Of a stretch of 64,000 nucleotides of DNA, positions 1 through 10,634 are shown one piece after another (the stretch's first letter is position 1; each line of letters begins with the position of its first letter). A model generated the notes under the pieces. It saw only the letters and a program-made list of their open reading frames with translations. It had not been told where the DNA came from and made no database searches. The DNA comes from Naegleria gruberi. Its lineage: Eukaryota. Where the stretch lies: the NCBI GenBank assembly GCA_000004985.1, contig GG738883.1; one strand, given 5' to 3'. A program made the translations under genes and the position numbers.

Positions 1-445
1 CTCCCGTTCCAGCAATGGTCGAAACATTACCACTCTCTTTCCACATTTTCCTAATTCTATTATTGAAAGTATCAGAAATTATTAAATTCCCATCCGTTGG
101 ATCAATTTTCACATCTTCAGGTTGACGAAACATGACTTGCATCGCATCCATCGAAAAATCTCCATTAAATCCTCTCACACCACTTCCTGCAATTGTTCTA
201 ATCTTGTGACTTGTTAAATTCATCACACGAATTCTATCATTATAAGTGTCGGCAATGTACAACAATTCTCCATGAATTTCAAGACCGTATGGTTTGTTGA
301 GAAAAACTTGGGTTGCTGGGATATTGTCTCCAATAATGTCAGAGCCACCACCTGCCACTGTTGTGATTGCGTATTGTTGTGGGAGGGCGAATTGGATTAG
401 TGACATGCCAAATAATGACAAAATAAAAAGAATGGTAATTCTCAT
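1..445 (-). CDS. NHL-repeat protein, N-terminal part. ATG at 445..443; the gene continues past the window start.
   Basis: Minus-strand translation begins MRITILFILSLFGMSLIQ, a signal-peptide-like segment. It is followed by repeated ...YIADTYNDRIRV... and ...ISDTFNNRIRKM... blocks typical of NHL beta-propeller repeats. The frame stays open to position 1. The ORF track omits it because it runs off the window edge. Confidence 0.75.
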   Translation of the reverse strand, partial: MRITILFILSLFGMSLIQFALPQQYAITTVAGGGSDIIGDNIPATQVFLNKPYGLEIHGELLYIADTYNDRIRVMNLTSHKIRTIAGSGVRGFNGDFSMDAMQVMFRQPEDVKIDPTDGNLIISDTFNNRIRKMWKESGNVSTIAGTG

Positions 446-611
446 TATTTTTTTGAGGAAGTTGGCATGAGAATGATGGTTGTCGAATGTTTTGATCTCT
501 TACTTTAATTTTTGAGTTAATTTGAAATTAACTTCTCATTTAGAAATCAACGTGATTTCAATCAATTCCCAATGGCTTGGATCAACTTGTCAACAGTTAC
601 TTGTCAAAAAA

Positions 612-3536
612 ATGGAACGTGATGAGAATGCGATTTTGTTGCATGATGTTAAACCAAAAGATGATTCTTCCTCAGTTGAAATCACACCTGAAAACACCTC
701 CTCCAACCAACCATTACCAAATGATGAAAAGAAACCTAGACGAAACTTGGGAGTTTCTTTCAGTGGTGGTGGAATTCGCTCAGCAAGTTTTATGGTTGGC
801 GTGATTGAAGCTTTAGTTTTTAGCGAAGGTGAATTAATGACAAATGTAAAAGAATTCTCAAGTGTGAGTGGAGGTGGCTATGCTTCGTCTAGTTTCTACT
901 CTTATTTGATCGCTCAATTAACTCAACCAGAGCAACCTAACAATCCATTCGAAACAGCATTCAAGCAAATGAAAGAAACCTTTGAAAGAAATTCCAATTA
1001 TTTAGTTTCTGGAATAGCTGCCTTGCGAACTGCTTGTTTCTTTCTTGTTGGTGCTTTACATAATTTTTTATTGTGGTTTTGTTTGTGCATCTTGCTTGGA
1101 AATTTCTTATTTGCAGGTGTTGTTTATAATGTCAATGACAATGCCACTGGTCAGATGACAAGTTATTTGAGCCACGTTCCTTTAATTAGTAATGGGACTA
1201 TTTCTGTGAGTGAAAAGACAGATAAGGCACAGTATTTCATATTATCATTCTTGCAATTTACGAGTATTGCTAATGATATAGTTCAGGGAAAGTATACTTC
1301 TTTTGGATGGTCAGTTTTTCCAAGAGAGTTAGTCATTACTGTATTTTCCATTCTAATGGTATTGGTTTTGGTTCTTATTACTTGGGTTGTTAAAGTGAGA
1401 TATGTCAATCATTACAATAATGGTTTCTTTGATTGTTTGATGGATGGTTTTAACTCTTTCTTGCAATGTTTTAATTTCATTTTGAAATATGAATCAGTTA
1501 AAAGGATATGGGGAGGTTTTAAAATTGTGTTCATATATTTTCCAGCTGCAATTATAGGAGTAGGCGGATTATTGATTTTACCTTTGTTAGCATTGAGTTT
1601 CTTGCTTTCCATTTTTGTAGAATGTTTAAAGTTTACAATGTTTGTAGAAGGATTGATTTTAGTATCTTGGGGAGAATCCTCCTTCTTAGCTTCGCACCAC
1701 ATCTTTAATTCTTTGTATTTGGTGGGATGGATAGTTATGGCTATTATCTTTGGTTTCATCTTTGCTACAGGAAAGAATATTTTCAAATTGGGCGAAACTG
1801 TTGCAATGGGTTTATCTGGCTTCTTTCTAATCGTTTGTACTCCAATTATGTTGTTGTGGATTGCAAGTCACTTTTGTCTGTGGCAAATATTTGGTGATTA
1901 CGGAGAGTTTACAATGATACCAACAATCAACAATTCAGAAGCTGAGCTAGTATGTTTGAAAACTTTTGCATCGATTTGGGTTGCCATTGAGCTATTCATG
2001 TCCGAGTATTTGAATTCTGCATTCAGAGAGCTCTACAATTCTGGTTTGAAAAACTTTCTTCATTCGAATATTTGTGTAAGCAAAGCAGGAGAAAGACAAG
2101 ACCTACCAATTTTCACATTTAATTGTTGTGTTAATAATTTGGCTGAGAAAGAAGGTAGCTGTGGTCACTATAGCTTCTCTTCTACAGGAAAATGCCGTTC
2201 CATTACTCATAATTTACCCAAGCTTGACACTTCTAATCTTTCCCTGTCAACTGTTGTTTCCATTTCAGGAGCTGCTGTTTCCTTAATGCTTGGTGAGGCT
2301 CTTAATATTCCTCTTGTTTCTCAATTCGTTGCATTTGTTCTATATATTTTAGGTATAAATATTGGAGAGTGGGTTGATTTGGGAAATTACAAAACGAAAA
2401 CAATTGACAAATTTTTCAAATGGTTTTTGTTAGTTTGTGTCTTTTTGACTAATTTGAACGTTTTTGAAGGAATTTATAGTAGTGGTTTAATTTACGGTTC
2501 ATGGTTGTATAGAATAATTGTTATTGGTGTAATTATGTATTCTTTTGGATTGCAAATTATTATAGGGCTAGTTTTGAGATTGGTGAATATTGGACGAAAT
2601 CCTGAATACTCTTTATATCAAATATTCTTCAACATTTTTAGCCTGCATTACATCCCACTCTTTAGAGCATTATTGATGATAGTGGGATATCCAGATAATG
2701 TCACATCAAAGACTTATTTCCTCTCAGATGGAGGACATTACGAAAATCTAGGATTACTGAACTTGCTCTACAATATGAGAAGTGAAATATTCGCATTCGA
2801 TGCAACTGAAGATAGTAAATTGTCTCTTTCAGAATTGAGTAGTTGCTTGGAGAAGGCCATTAGATTCAATATCATTAAGGAGGATTCTATTAAATGTTAT
2901 CCGAGCAAGAGTCGTGCAAATAATAATGATTACAAGTATTCAGTGGATGATCTTATGAGGATTGACTTATGGGAAACTAGAGCTCATCAAGATGAGGGTG
3001 CCCTTATCAAATTATCCAGAAGTAACTTTCTGTACATTGAATTTGAATACACTGAAACACATGTGAAAAATTCGAATCCACAACCAAAACAACAACCAAA
3101 ACAAGAAAAACAAACATCCACCAATACTACACAACAAGCACAACAGCCAACACCTTCCTCTGCTTCAAATACTAATAATACCAATTGCACATCATCAATA
3201 GAGAATGCTTCTCCAACCACAGATATTACTTCCAAATCATCACCAAAAGAACAAACACAACCTGAATCAACCAATAATATATCCGAATCCACAGCAGCCA
3301 ATGACCCACCACAACAAGAAACTGAATCAAGAAAAGGCTGTCTTTGGTATGGAAAAGCAACCTTAACAGGAGAAGAAGATGACCGAATTAAATTCTATCA
3401 ATCCAACAATAATGTCTTTCCTCATCACAGCACCCTATTCCAATTATTTTCCAAAGAGGACTTTTCAGCTTATAGATTATTAGGAAAGCATGTTGCCTCA
3501 TGTATTACCAATGATTATTTAGCTAATCAAAATTAG
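612..3536 (+). CDS. cPLA2/lysophospholipase-like (PLA2_B family) protein whose catalytic domain is interrupted by a large polytopic hydrophobic insert; Q/P/T-rich C-terminal tail.
   Basis: ORF 522..3536; the first in-frame ATG is at 612 (MERDEN). GVSFSGGGIRSASFMVGVIEAL plus SVSGGGYASSSFY resemble the cPLA2 GxSGGGxR oxyanion segment and the GxSxG nucleophile. A DGGHYENLGLLNLL motif about 590 aa downstream resembles the catalytic Asp segment. About 10 predicted TM helices lie in between. Confidence 0.6.
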   Translation: MERDENAILLHDVKPKDDSSSVEITPENTSSNQPLPNDEKKPRRNLGVSFSGGGIRSASFMVGVIEALVFSEGELMTNVKEFSSVSGGGYASSSFYSYLIAQLTQPEQPNNPFETAFKQMKETFERNSNYLVSGIAALRTACFFLVGALHNFLLWFCLCILLGNFLFAGVVYNVNDNATGQMTSYLSHVPLISNGTISVSEKTDKAQYFILSFLQFTSIANDIVQGKYTSFGWSVFPRELVITVFSILMVLVLVLITWVVKVRYVNHYNNGFFDCLMDGFNSFLQCFNFILKYESVKRIWGGFKIVFIYFPAAIIGVGGLLILPLLALSFLLSIFVECLKFTMFVEGLILVSWGESSFLASHHIFNSLYLVGWIVMAIIFGFIFATGKNIFKLGETVAMGLSGFFLIVCTPIMLLWIASHFCLWQIFGDYGEFTMIPTINNSEAELVCLKTFASIWVAIELFMSEYLNSAFRELYNSGLKNFLHSNICVSKAGERQDLPIFTFNCCVNNLAEKEGSCGHYSFSSTGKCRSITHNLPKLDTSNLSLSTVVSISGAAVSLMLGEALNIPLVSQFVAFVLYILGINIGEWVDLGNYKTKTIDKFFKWFLLVCVFLTNLNVFEGIYSSGLIYGSWLYRIIVIGVIMYSFGLQIIIGLVLRLVNIGRNPEYSLYQIFFNIFSLHYIPLFRALLMIVGYPDNVTSKTYFLSDGGHYENLGLLNLLYNMRSEIFAFDATEDSKLSLSELSSCLEKAIRFNIIKEDSIKCYPSKSRANNNDYKYSVDDLMRIDLWETRAHQDEGALIKLSRSNFLYIEFEYTETHVKNSNPQPKQQPKQEKQTSTNTTQQAQQPTPSSASNTNNTNCTSSIENASPTTDITSKSSPKEQTQPESTNNISESTAANDPPQQETESRKGCLWYGKATLTGEEDDRIKFYQSNNNVFPHHSTLFQLFSKEDFSAYRLLGKHVASCITNDYLANQN

Positions 3537-3666
3537 TTCTCAATAGTTTTTCTTCAAATAATAATAAAAAGATAATAATCAAATTTTTCTAACTAATTGA
3601 TTGGTTCCATCAAGATCTTCTTTTCTATTTCAATGATAAATATCAGATGAAATGCAAAATTTGATA

Positions 3667-6263
3667 TCACCTCACTTGGTTACCATCAAAAAGAACCATT
3701 ATTTGAATTTCATCAATAATGGAAGGCCAATTAATTAGACCCTCAATTGGAACCTTATCAAATAGTAAGGCAACAGGATAATTGTTCTCATCCTCAACAA
3801 ATAGGAATGCTTCGCATGAAAATTCATTTTCCACTTCACTAATCTCTGGACACAAGTGATCATATCGCTCCTTTGTAAATTTCACATATCTTAAGCGATC
3901 TTGGACTACAGCAAAGTATTTTCTGCCTTTCCAGTGGAATTTTCCAACCAGAGGAAAATCAGATTCATCTCTATTGAATGTAGTAACTGCAACTGAGGTA
4001 TTCGAATCTTTTTAATTGTTGATTTGATAAATTAGCAAATAAATTACTTACCATTTTGAGAGATTTCATTCTTGCCTTCTTGTGGAAGTAAATCGTGCAG
4101 TTTCTTCTTACAATCGAATGGCAATAATTTTGAGGAGAAGAGTGTCTCTATCACATGTTTAGGAATTAATGTTGAAAGTTTGGAATCTAGATTCTTGAGG
4201 ATATAGCTCGATACAATTCCACATACAAATTTCTCATGTTCCTTCCTTTCGAACTTTTCCATTAAATAGTAAATATAAATTGGGTTCAATATTTCTAATA
4301 TTTCAGAAATTGTTAAATCATCCACTAAATAAATACACAATTCGTGTAATAATTCCAATTCAAAAAAGGTCTTTTTTCTTAAAAAGGCAACCTTTCCCTC
4401 TTTTAAAAAATTGAAATATAAATCAAATATTTCAACAACGCCCTCATTCTTAATAGATGGAATAATTTCATTCGAAACTCCACTCAAATCAACTATCATC
4501 AGCCCATTCTGATTTCTTTCCACACTATTAATCCAATCTGAGCTTAACAAAGTTATGAAATAGTTTGATCTTTTCAGTAACTTTCCCTCACATTCAATTG
4601 AATCACTTTTAGATAATTTAATGAGGATTGTATCCTCAATTTGAATGTTTTCATGAGATTCACCTTCCTTAATATTATACGAATGTATCAATTTCATTAA
4701 ATTATCAAATGGAAATGGCATTAATTTGACATTTGGCTTTTCGATAATTGGTGATTTGACATGCTTTAACTTTTCTTGAAATAGTTCCAAGAAACTAGCT
4801 ATGGATTTTCTTTTGGAAAGGTTCATATTCTTTCCCATCCATTTCAATCCTTCAGAATAATTTAGTTCGGTTCCTCTTCCTTGCCAATACATTGATGAAA
4901 TTTTCAATTGAGCATTTAAGTTTCCTTGCTTGGCTGCTTTCAAATAGTATTCGAAAGCTTTAGAATCACTCTGTTCGATTCCTTTTCCTTTCAGATACAT
5001 TAGTCCAAGCTCAAAATGTGCTGTTGAATTTCCTTCCTCAGCTGCTTTTGAATACCATTTAAAAGCTTGTGAATAATCCTTATTGCACCCCTCTCCAGAG
5101 AAATACATATTCCCTAAGAGGACCATTGCCTCAGTCTCATTTTGGTTTGCAGATTTCAAAACCAATTCGAAAGCTTTCGAATAATCTTTTTCTACACCTT
5201 TTCCAAGAACAATCATTGATCCAGCAGCAAGTTGAGACTTTGCATCCCCTTGCTCAGCTGCTCTCAAATACCATTTCAAAGCTTTCGAATAGTCACCATT
5301 CGAATGATAAATCTTTCCACATACATTTTGAGAGGTCACGTCACCTAGCTCTGCAGCTTTCAGATACCATTCCATAGCTTTAGAAACATCTTTTTCAACT
5401 CCATGTCCAAAATAATATATACTTCCAATATCATATTGAATTGACAAAAGTTTTGGAACTCTTCCATGAGATTCAGCTTTTAAAAGCCATTCTAAAGTTT
5501 TGGAATAATCTTGTGGTACAGATTGTCCATAAAAATGCATGTAACCAATTTGAGCTTGTGATTCAAAACAACCCTTCTCTGCAGCTTTCGTATACCATTC
5601 AAAAGCTTTCGTATAATCTGGTTCAACCCCTATTATTCCTTCATAATAAATATGCCCAATAGTACGTTGAGCTGCACAATGCCCTTTCTCAGCTGCTTGC
5701 AAAAAGAATTCCATAGCTTTCGAATAGTCTTGTTCTATTCCAACCCCTTTCAAATACATTGACCCAATCTGGAATAGACCTGCCTGTGCAGTTTTCATAT
5801 ACCATTCGAAAGCTTTCGAATAATCAATCTCTGTATTAGCTCGATTATGATAAAACTCTCCAATCTTTTTCATTGCCAACAAGTGATTATCCCTAATCGA
5901 TGCAATACAAAAATCCAAATTACTAAATTCTTCCGCCAATAAGTAAACATAAAATTTCCAAATATTTTCTTCACACTTTTCATTTTCTGCATTTTTTAAA
6001 ATTTCTTCCAAATATTTTGCATAATCAATAAATTCACAATCTTCATTTTCTATTGTTGATCTATCTTCTTGATAATTATTGTTACGAATTAATTTAATTG
6101 TTTTTAAATTTTCCAAAACTTGATGAAATTTAGAATTGTTCCATCCGATTAAAAGTGAAATGTCATCGGTGGGTTCTTCTTCTTTTTGGTGGTGATTAAT
6201 GGTCTTCTTCTTCTTCTTGTTTGATTTCTGGCCAGATTTTTGATCATGAGAACGTTTTTTCAT
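3667..6263 (-). CDS. Sel1-repeat (TPR-like) protein with a BTB-like region. Proposed join: exon1 6263..4052, 44-nt intron 4051..4008, exon2 4007..3667.
   Basis: At least 8 tandem Sel1-like repeats (DYSKAFEWY.KAAE.G....Q..LG.MY..G.GV..D). A downstream region resembles BTB/POZ. The long ORF ends ...QNGK* but the last codons read AATG|GTAAGT. A 44-nt GTAAGT...AAAAAG intron joins in frame to a 113-codon open frame (3667..4007) that has no in-frame ATG of its own and a TAA immediately upstream of the acceptor. Confidence 0.6.
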
Positions 6264-6645
6264 TTTTTTTAAATTAAATACAAATATTCAAATATTGGGT
6301 CAAACCTTAAATTGAAACTCTGTCGGGTATTTAAGCGACCTAATAAATTAAAATCAAAATTTCCTTAGACTTTGAATCTTCCGTAAATTTTGCAAATTTG
6401 TTCTTCAACCAATTATAAAAAAATTCAACTCCGAAAAAAATTACAAGCAGATCCTTCTTCTCCTAAAAGCTGCCGAACAACAACAAAACAAAAAGGGGAG
6501 GAAGGTATTATTTATAATACAACAACAATAAGAATATAAGAATAATTTTATATTTATATATAATACAACAAGAGAGAGAGGATCAAATTTCTCTTTTTTC
6601 CTCATCAAATCTAATTTTACTTTTTAAATATATTATACAAATAGT

Positions 6646-7506
6646 ATGCTCTCTGCTTCTCATAATACGGAGGAAGATGTTACTCAACTACCTCAGGAAA
6701 GACACGGAAGGAAGACTAGACACTTTGGAAAGAGTACGAGGATTAAAGCCTTGATTATGCAATATTGGAATATGATCATGTCGGTGCTGGGGATGATATC
6801 GATTGGATTGATATGTTTTGGAGCCTTGTTGGTAGTTTTCGGATGGATTTGGAAGTATCCGAGTGAATTTAATTTAAAAACAAGTTGCAAAGTTGTTAAA
6901 TTTGTGGATTGTGTTCTGTTGGTCGATAAATTTCATGATTCATCTTCGGAATTTGCAAATCCATTCAGTAGTAAACATTTCAAGAGATCGGCGATTCATC
7001 AACATTGTGCTGTTGAAGTAATTGTTGAGAATGAGAATGCAACAAGAACAAGTATTGATAAAATAGTGTATGATCCAAATAGTACGGAGAATAAGTATGC
7101 GATTGGTTCAATTGTTGACTGCTACTTATCACAAACCAATAATCAATTTGTATCATTCAGGTCAACCATAACGAGTGGAAAAATTGCTTTTAGAACCATT
7201 GGATTTTTAATCATTTTACTTGGATTGGTATCTGGACTTTTTTGTATCCTTGCCGTAACCTCGATTAGGAAACAATGTTTTGAATTAATTGGATCAATAT
7301 CAAAGAAGATTACATTCCGTCGAACCAAACGATTGGAAGATGAAGAACCTTTGAGAAATGCCTCAAGATCGAGTGCTGGTTCTTCTCATCTCTATGAAGA
7401 TGGTGAACGAGAATATTTCGATTATATTGAAAAGGATAGAAAAGTTCCACAAAAGAATCATTCTGATGAATTTGATGAGGATGAAGAAGAATTAGTAGTT
7501 GTGTAA
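6646..7506 (+). CDS. Hypothetical membrane protein (two predicted TM helices, acidic C-terminus).
   Basis: 286-aa ORF with hydrophobic segments MIMSVLGMISIGLICFGALLVVFGWIW and IGFLIILLGLVSGLFCILAV. No recognisable family. Confidence 0.4.
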   Translation: MLSASHNTEEDVTQLPQERHGRKTRHFGKSTRIKALIMQYWNMIMSVLGMISIGLICFGALLVVFGWIWKYPSEFNLKTSCKVVKFVDCVLLVDKFHDSSSEFANPFSSKHFKRSAIHQHCAVEVIVENENATRTSIDKIVYDPNSTENKYAIGSIVDCYLSQTNNQFVSFRSTITSGKIAFRTIGFLIILLGLVSGLFCILAVTSIRKQCFELIGSISKKITFRRTKRLEDEEPLRNASRSSAGSSHLYEDGEREYFDYIEKDRKVPQKNHSDEFDEDEEELVVV

Positions 7507-7676
7507 AATACTGTACAAATTGTAAATAAGATATTGAGAGAAATGAGACATTGCCAAATTTTGAAAATCCCATACTAGCTAACTATCTTTACTTTTTATT
7601 GTTTAATACCTTTATTAAACAATATATTCTGAAATATTATTAAGGTGATCCTTCTTTTTCATTGTGTATGAAAATC

Positions 7677-7842
7677 CTTGTTCAGACTTCCTTAGTTCAA
7701 ACACGTGTTTTTTGGAGGGTTGGAACTTTAAAAATCTTTTATTACAATTATTTACTACGGTGCTATGCAAAATGCATTGTCAGACTTCCTTAGTTCAATT
7801 ACGTCCTAAGGAGAGGACAACAGCATTCAACTCTAAAAATCT
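7677..7842. repeat. Two tandem ~60-bp direct repeat units about 100 bp upstream of the DUF1349 gene start.
   Basis: tgttcagacttccttagttcaaacacgtg...aactttaaaaatcttt (7677-7738) is repeated as tgtcagacttccttagttcaattacgtcc...caactctaaaaatcttt (7775-7842). Confidence 0.6.
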
Positions 7843-7903
7843 TTGAAATTACAAAATATTTACTGGGTGGATTCAGGATCAATTCATTCAAACACAAAAA
7901 AAA

Positions 7904-8566
7904 ATGCCAATAGAAATTAAATATTCACACACCAAGGAAATTGCACTCACTAAAGAGCATGATGACTGGCAATGGTCAACAGGTGAAGGTAAAAAGTTGG
8001 ACATTAATTATGGCCAAGATCAAAAATTACAAACTATTCAAATGACAACAAAATCGGAAGGAGATTATTGGAGAATTACACATTATGATTTTATTCATGA
8101 TGATGGAGATTTTCTTTATTTGAAGAGTTTGAATGCACAAACAAATCAAAACTTTGAAATTCAAGTTTCTTTCAAGGCAAATTATCAAAATCTCTATGAT
8201 CAAGCCGGAATCATGTTGAGATCTGGTGAGAAACATTGGATGAAAACTGGAATTGAGTATGTTCATGGTACTTCATATGCCAGTGCTGTTGTCACAAGAG
8301 AATACAGTGATTGGTCAACTAATCCTTTGGAAAAACACAATACCGATGATTATTTCACAATCAAGGTACAACTTTTTAAGGGAGATGTCAGAGTTGACTA
8401 TAGCTTAGATGAAGGAAAGACATTCCACTTGTTGAGAATCGCTCACTTATTTGATCAGAATGAGAGTCATCCTCTCCAATTGGGAATCTTTGCTGCCTCA
8501 CCAACACGTAAGGAAGGTTGTCAAGTAGAATTTAAGAATTTATCCATTACTGAACTCATTGTTTAA
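7904..8566 (+). CDS. DUF1349-family protein (concanavalin-like beta-sandwich, yeast Ree1-like).
   Basis: A 220-aa protein with YDQAGIMLRSGEKHWMKTGIEY...SDWST...GDVRVDYSLDEGKTFHLLR...LGIFAASP, matching the conserved blocks of bacterial/fungal DUF1349 proteins. Confidence 0.55.
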   Translation: MPIEIKYSHTKEIALTKEHDDWQWSTGEGKKLDINYGQDQKLQTIQMTTKSEGDYWRITHYDFIHDDGDFLYLKSLNAQTNQNFEIQVSFKANYQNLYDQAGIMLRSGEKHWMKTGIEYVHGTSYASAVVTREYSDWSTNPLEKHNTDDYFTIKVQLFKGDVRVDYSLDEGKTFHLLRIAHLFDQNESHPLQLGIFAASPTRKEGCQVEFKNLSITELIV

Positions 8567-8732
8567 ATTCTGAATTATTTGTTAATTAAAAGAATATTTT
8601 GATAAAATTGAATTAACACCGAAAAGTTGGCCTCTGTTTAATATCGCTCCAATTATTTCATTGCTCTTTCCCTTAATTTCGTCACTCATATTACACTACT
8701 TTGTCTTCTTTCCAATAACTTAAATTTTTTAT

Positions 8733-9113
8733 TTAAAGATCATCAACAGAATTAACATCAAACGACAATCCACTCTCCTTCAATTCACTCTTCTTCACTC
8801 TATCATTTACCTGCACTGTCTTATCAGGCACATTATTACTCATATGATAAGACCCTAAATGTCCACAATGACATTCTATTCCTCTGACTGCTTGATAATT
8901 AGTGCAATTACAACCAGAAGAACAACACTTTGAAATATTTTTATATGAAAGTACTTGGGTATGAGCCGGAATGTAAACGTCAGTTGTACAACTGCAAGAT
9001 TGACAGATTCTGTAAATTCTGCCATCCGATTTGACAGTTCTGATATCTTGTGTAGCATTGGTGACACCACAGCTGCATGTCCATTGATCTTTGAAATCTG
9101 TTGTTTGAACCAT
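8733..9113 (-). CDS. Small cysteine-rich, probably zinc-binding, protein of unknown family.
   Basis: 126 aa with about 14 Cys in CxC/CxxC clusters (WTCSCG...CQSCSC...CCSSGCNC...CHCGH). Confidence 0.3.
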   Translation of the reverse strand: MVQTTDFKDQWTCSCGVTNATQDIRTVKSDGRIYRICQSCSCTTDVYIPAHTQVLSYKNISKCCSSGCNCTNYQAVRGIECHCGHLGSYHMSNNVPDKTVQVNDRVKKSELKESGLSFDVNSVDDL

Positions 9114-9478
9114 TTTAGTTTATTTTTTTGTTGATTAGTTTTCACAGAGTGGAAAGTCAATTTTTTAAGATAGATTGAGAGGTTACATCAGGTCCGTGGA
9201 GGAAAGAATGTAATTTTGAGACAATTTTTTGACGCTCCTTGTTTGGATGAATGGTTAATTAATTGTTGATTATTCAAATTATTGAGATTCAATAAGGAAT
9301 TATTGTTGGGAAGAATAGTGTAATTCAAATCTGATAATCTTTTCATAGTTTGTGTTTATGGACAAAGGACTAATATCTTGTTTGAATGAAATCTTCATAT
9401 GAAGACTTGATTCGTTTCTACGAATTGTAATTGAAATAAGTGGCATATTTGAATAAGAATAGTTTGATAAAATTGAAT

Positions 9479-10354
9479 TTATTCTCCAGTTTCAATCTTT
9501 CTCAAAACTTCGACCATTTCAGCAGCCAAAGATTTTGTGCAAGTGGCAAGACATCTGTGCTTTTGTAATAATACTTCTTCCTTGACATCCAAATCAATTG
9601 GATCACAAACTGTACCACCAGCTTCTTCGACAATAATTTTACCAGCAGCCATATCCCAGATTTGAATTCCATTTTCAAAGTAAGCATCAAGTGAACCATT
9701 TGCAACATAACACAAATTAATGACAGCACTTCCACTTCCTCTAATTCCATGACATCCTCTTCTCAAGAAGGCACCATATTTCTTTTCGACCATTCCTAAA
9801 ATTTCTTCAGTTCTTCCGTATGGGAAATTACTTGAGAGTAAAGATCCTTCAATTGATTCGCATTGTGAAATGACATTCTTTTCAAAAACTTGATTTGTGA
9901 ATGGAGTCTTTTGGAAAGATCCCTTTCCTTTAATTGCATAAAATGTTTCATTCATGATTGGATTGTGAACAACACCCATAACAACTTGTCCACAACAAGC
10001 TAATGCAATACTTGTACAAACTCCTGGATTACGATGGACAAAATTAGTAGTTCCATCAATAGGATCAATAATCCAACTATATCCATTCAATATAAGAGTT
10101 GTATCATGATTATTATATTCTTCACCAATAATTTGATGATCGGGATAATTTGTAAGTAAATGTTGAGACACAATCTCCTCAACACGTTTATCTGTCTGTG
10201 TGACCATATCAATTACAGTCGATTTGGTCAAGAAGGCTTTTTGCTGACTAGCAAAATGTTGTTTAATTTCAATAGCAGCCAATTCACAAGCCTTCAAAGC
10301 AACTTGCAAGGCTTGATCCAAATCAATAACTTTATATGTTCCTTCTGATGCCAT
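9479..10354 (-). CDS. IMPA: Inositol monophosphatase (IMPase family).
   Basis: WIIDPIDGTTNFVHR and IWDMAAG motifs; full-length 291-aa IMPase-like protein. Confidence 0.9.
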   Translation of the reverse strand: MASEGTYKVIDLDQALQVALKACELAAIEIKQHFASQQKAFLTKSTVIDMVTQTDKRVEEIVSQHLLTNYPDHQIIGEEYNNHDTTLILNGYSWIIDPIDGTTNFVHRNPGVCTSIALACCGQVVMGVVHNPIMNETFYAIKGKGSFQKTPFTNQVFEKNVISQCESIEGSLLSSNFPYGRTEEILGMVEKKYGAFLRRGCHGIRGSGSAVINLCYVANGSLDAYFENGIQIWDMAAGKIIVEEAGGTVCDPIDLDVKEEVLLQKHRCLATCTKSLAAEMVEVLRKIETGE

Positions 10355-10634
10355 TTTGAAAAATTCCTAGTGGGTGAGTGGTAGGTGGATAATAAATTAA
10401 AAAGGAGGGAGAGAACGGGAGTGTTTAGAGTGTTGAGGTATTTTTTTTTGAAATGTTATTAAATGCTTGAATAATCAAATTTTTCAAATGGAGTGAAAAA
10501 CACGGGCGGAAATTGGCGGCCGAGAATTTAAACATTTTTGGATGATTTTCCTTAATAATGATGTTACAATTTCGTGGCGCTTTTGAACAACATTACAAAA
10601 TGTCAGCAACATGTTGATTTAAGTAAATCAAAAT

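Noticed and set aside
4044-4054. ATGGTAAGT at the 3' end of the Sel1 ORF looked like the start codon and first intron of an independent small gene.
   Set aside because: ATG + exon2 does not stay in frame. The same GTAAGT works in frame as a donor at the end of the Sel1 ORF, and that reading is reported in the features.
10540-10600. GGCGCTTTT / ggcggaaattggcggccgag GC-rich patch resembling an E2F-type site in the IMPase/SPS intergenic spacer.
   Set aside because: It is only a partial match to TTTSGCGC and cannot be evaluated without comparative data.
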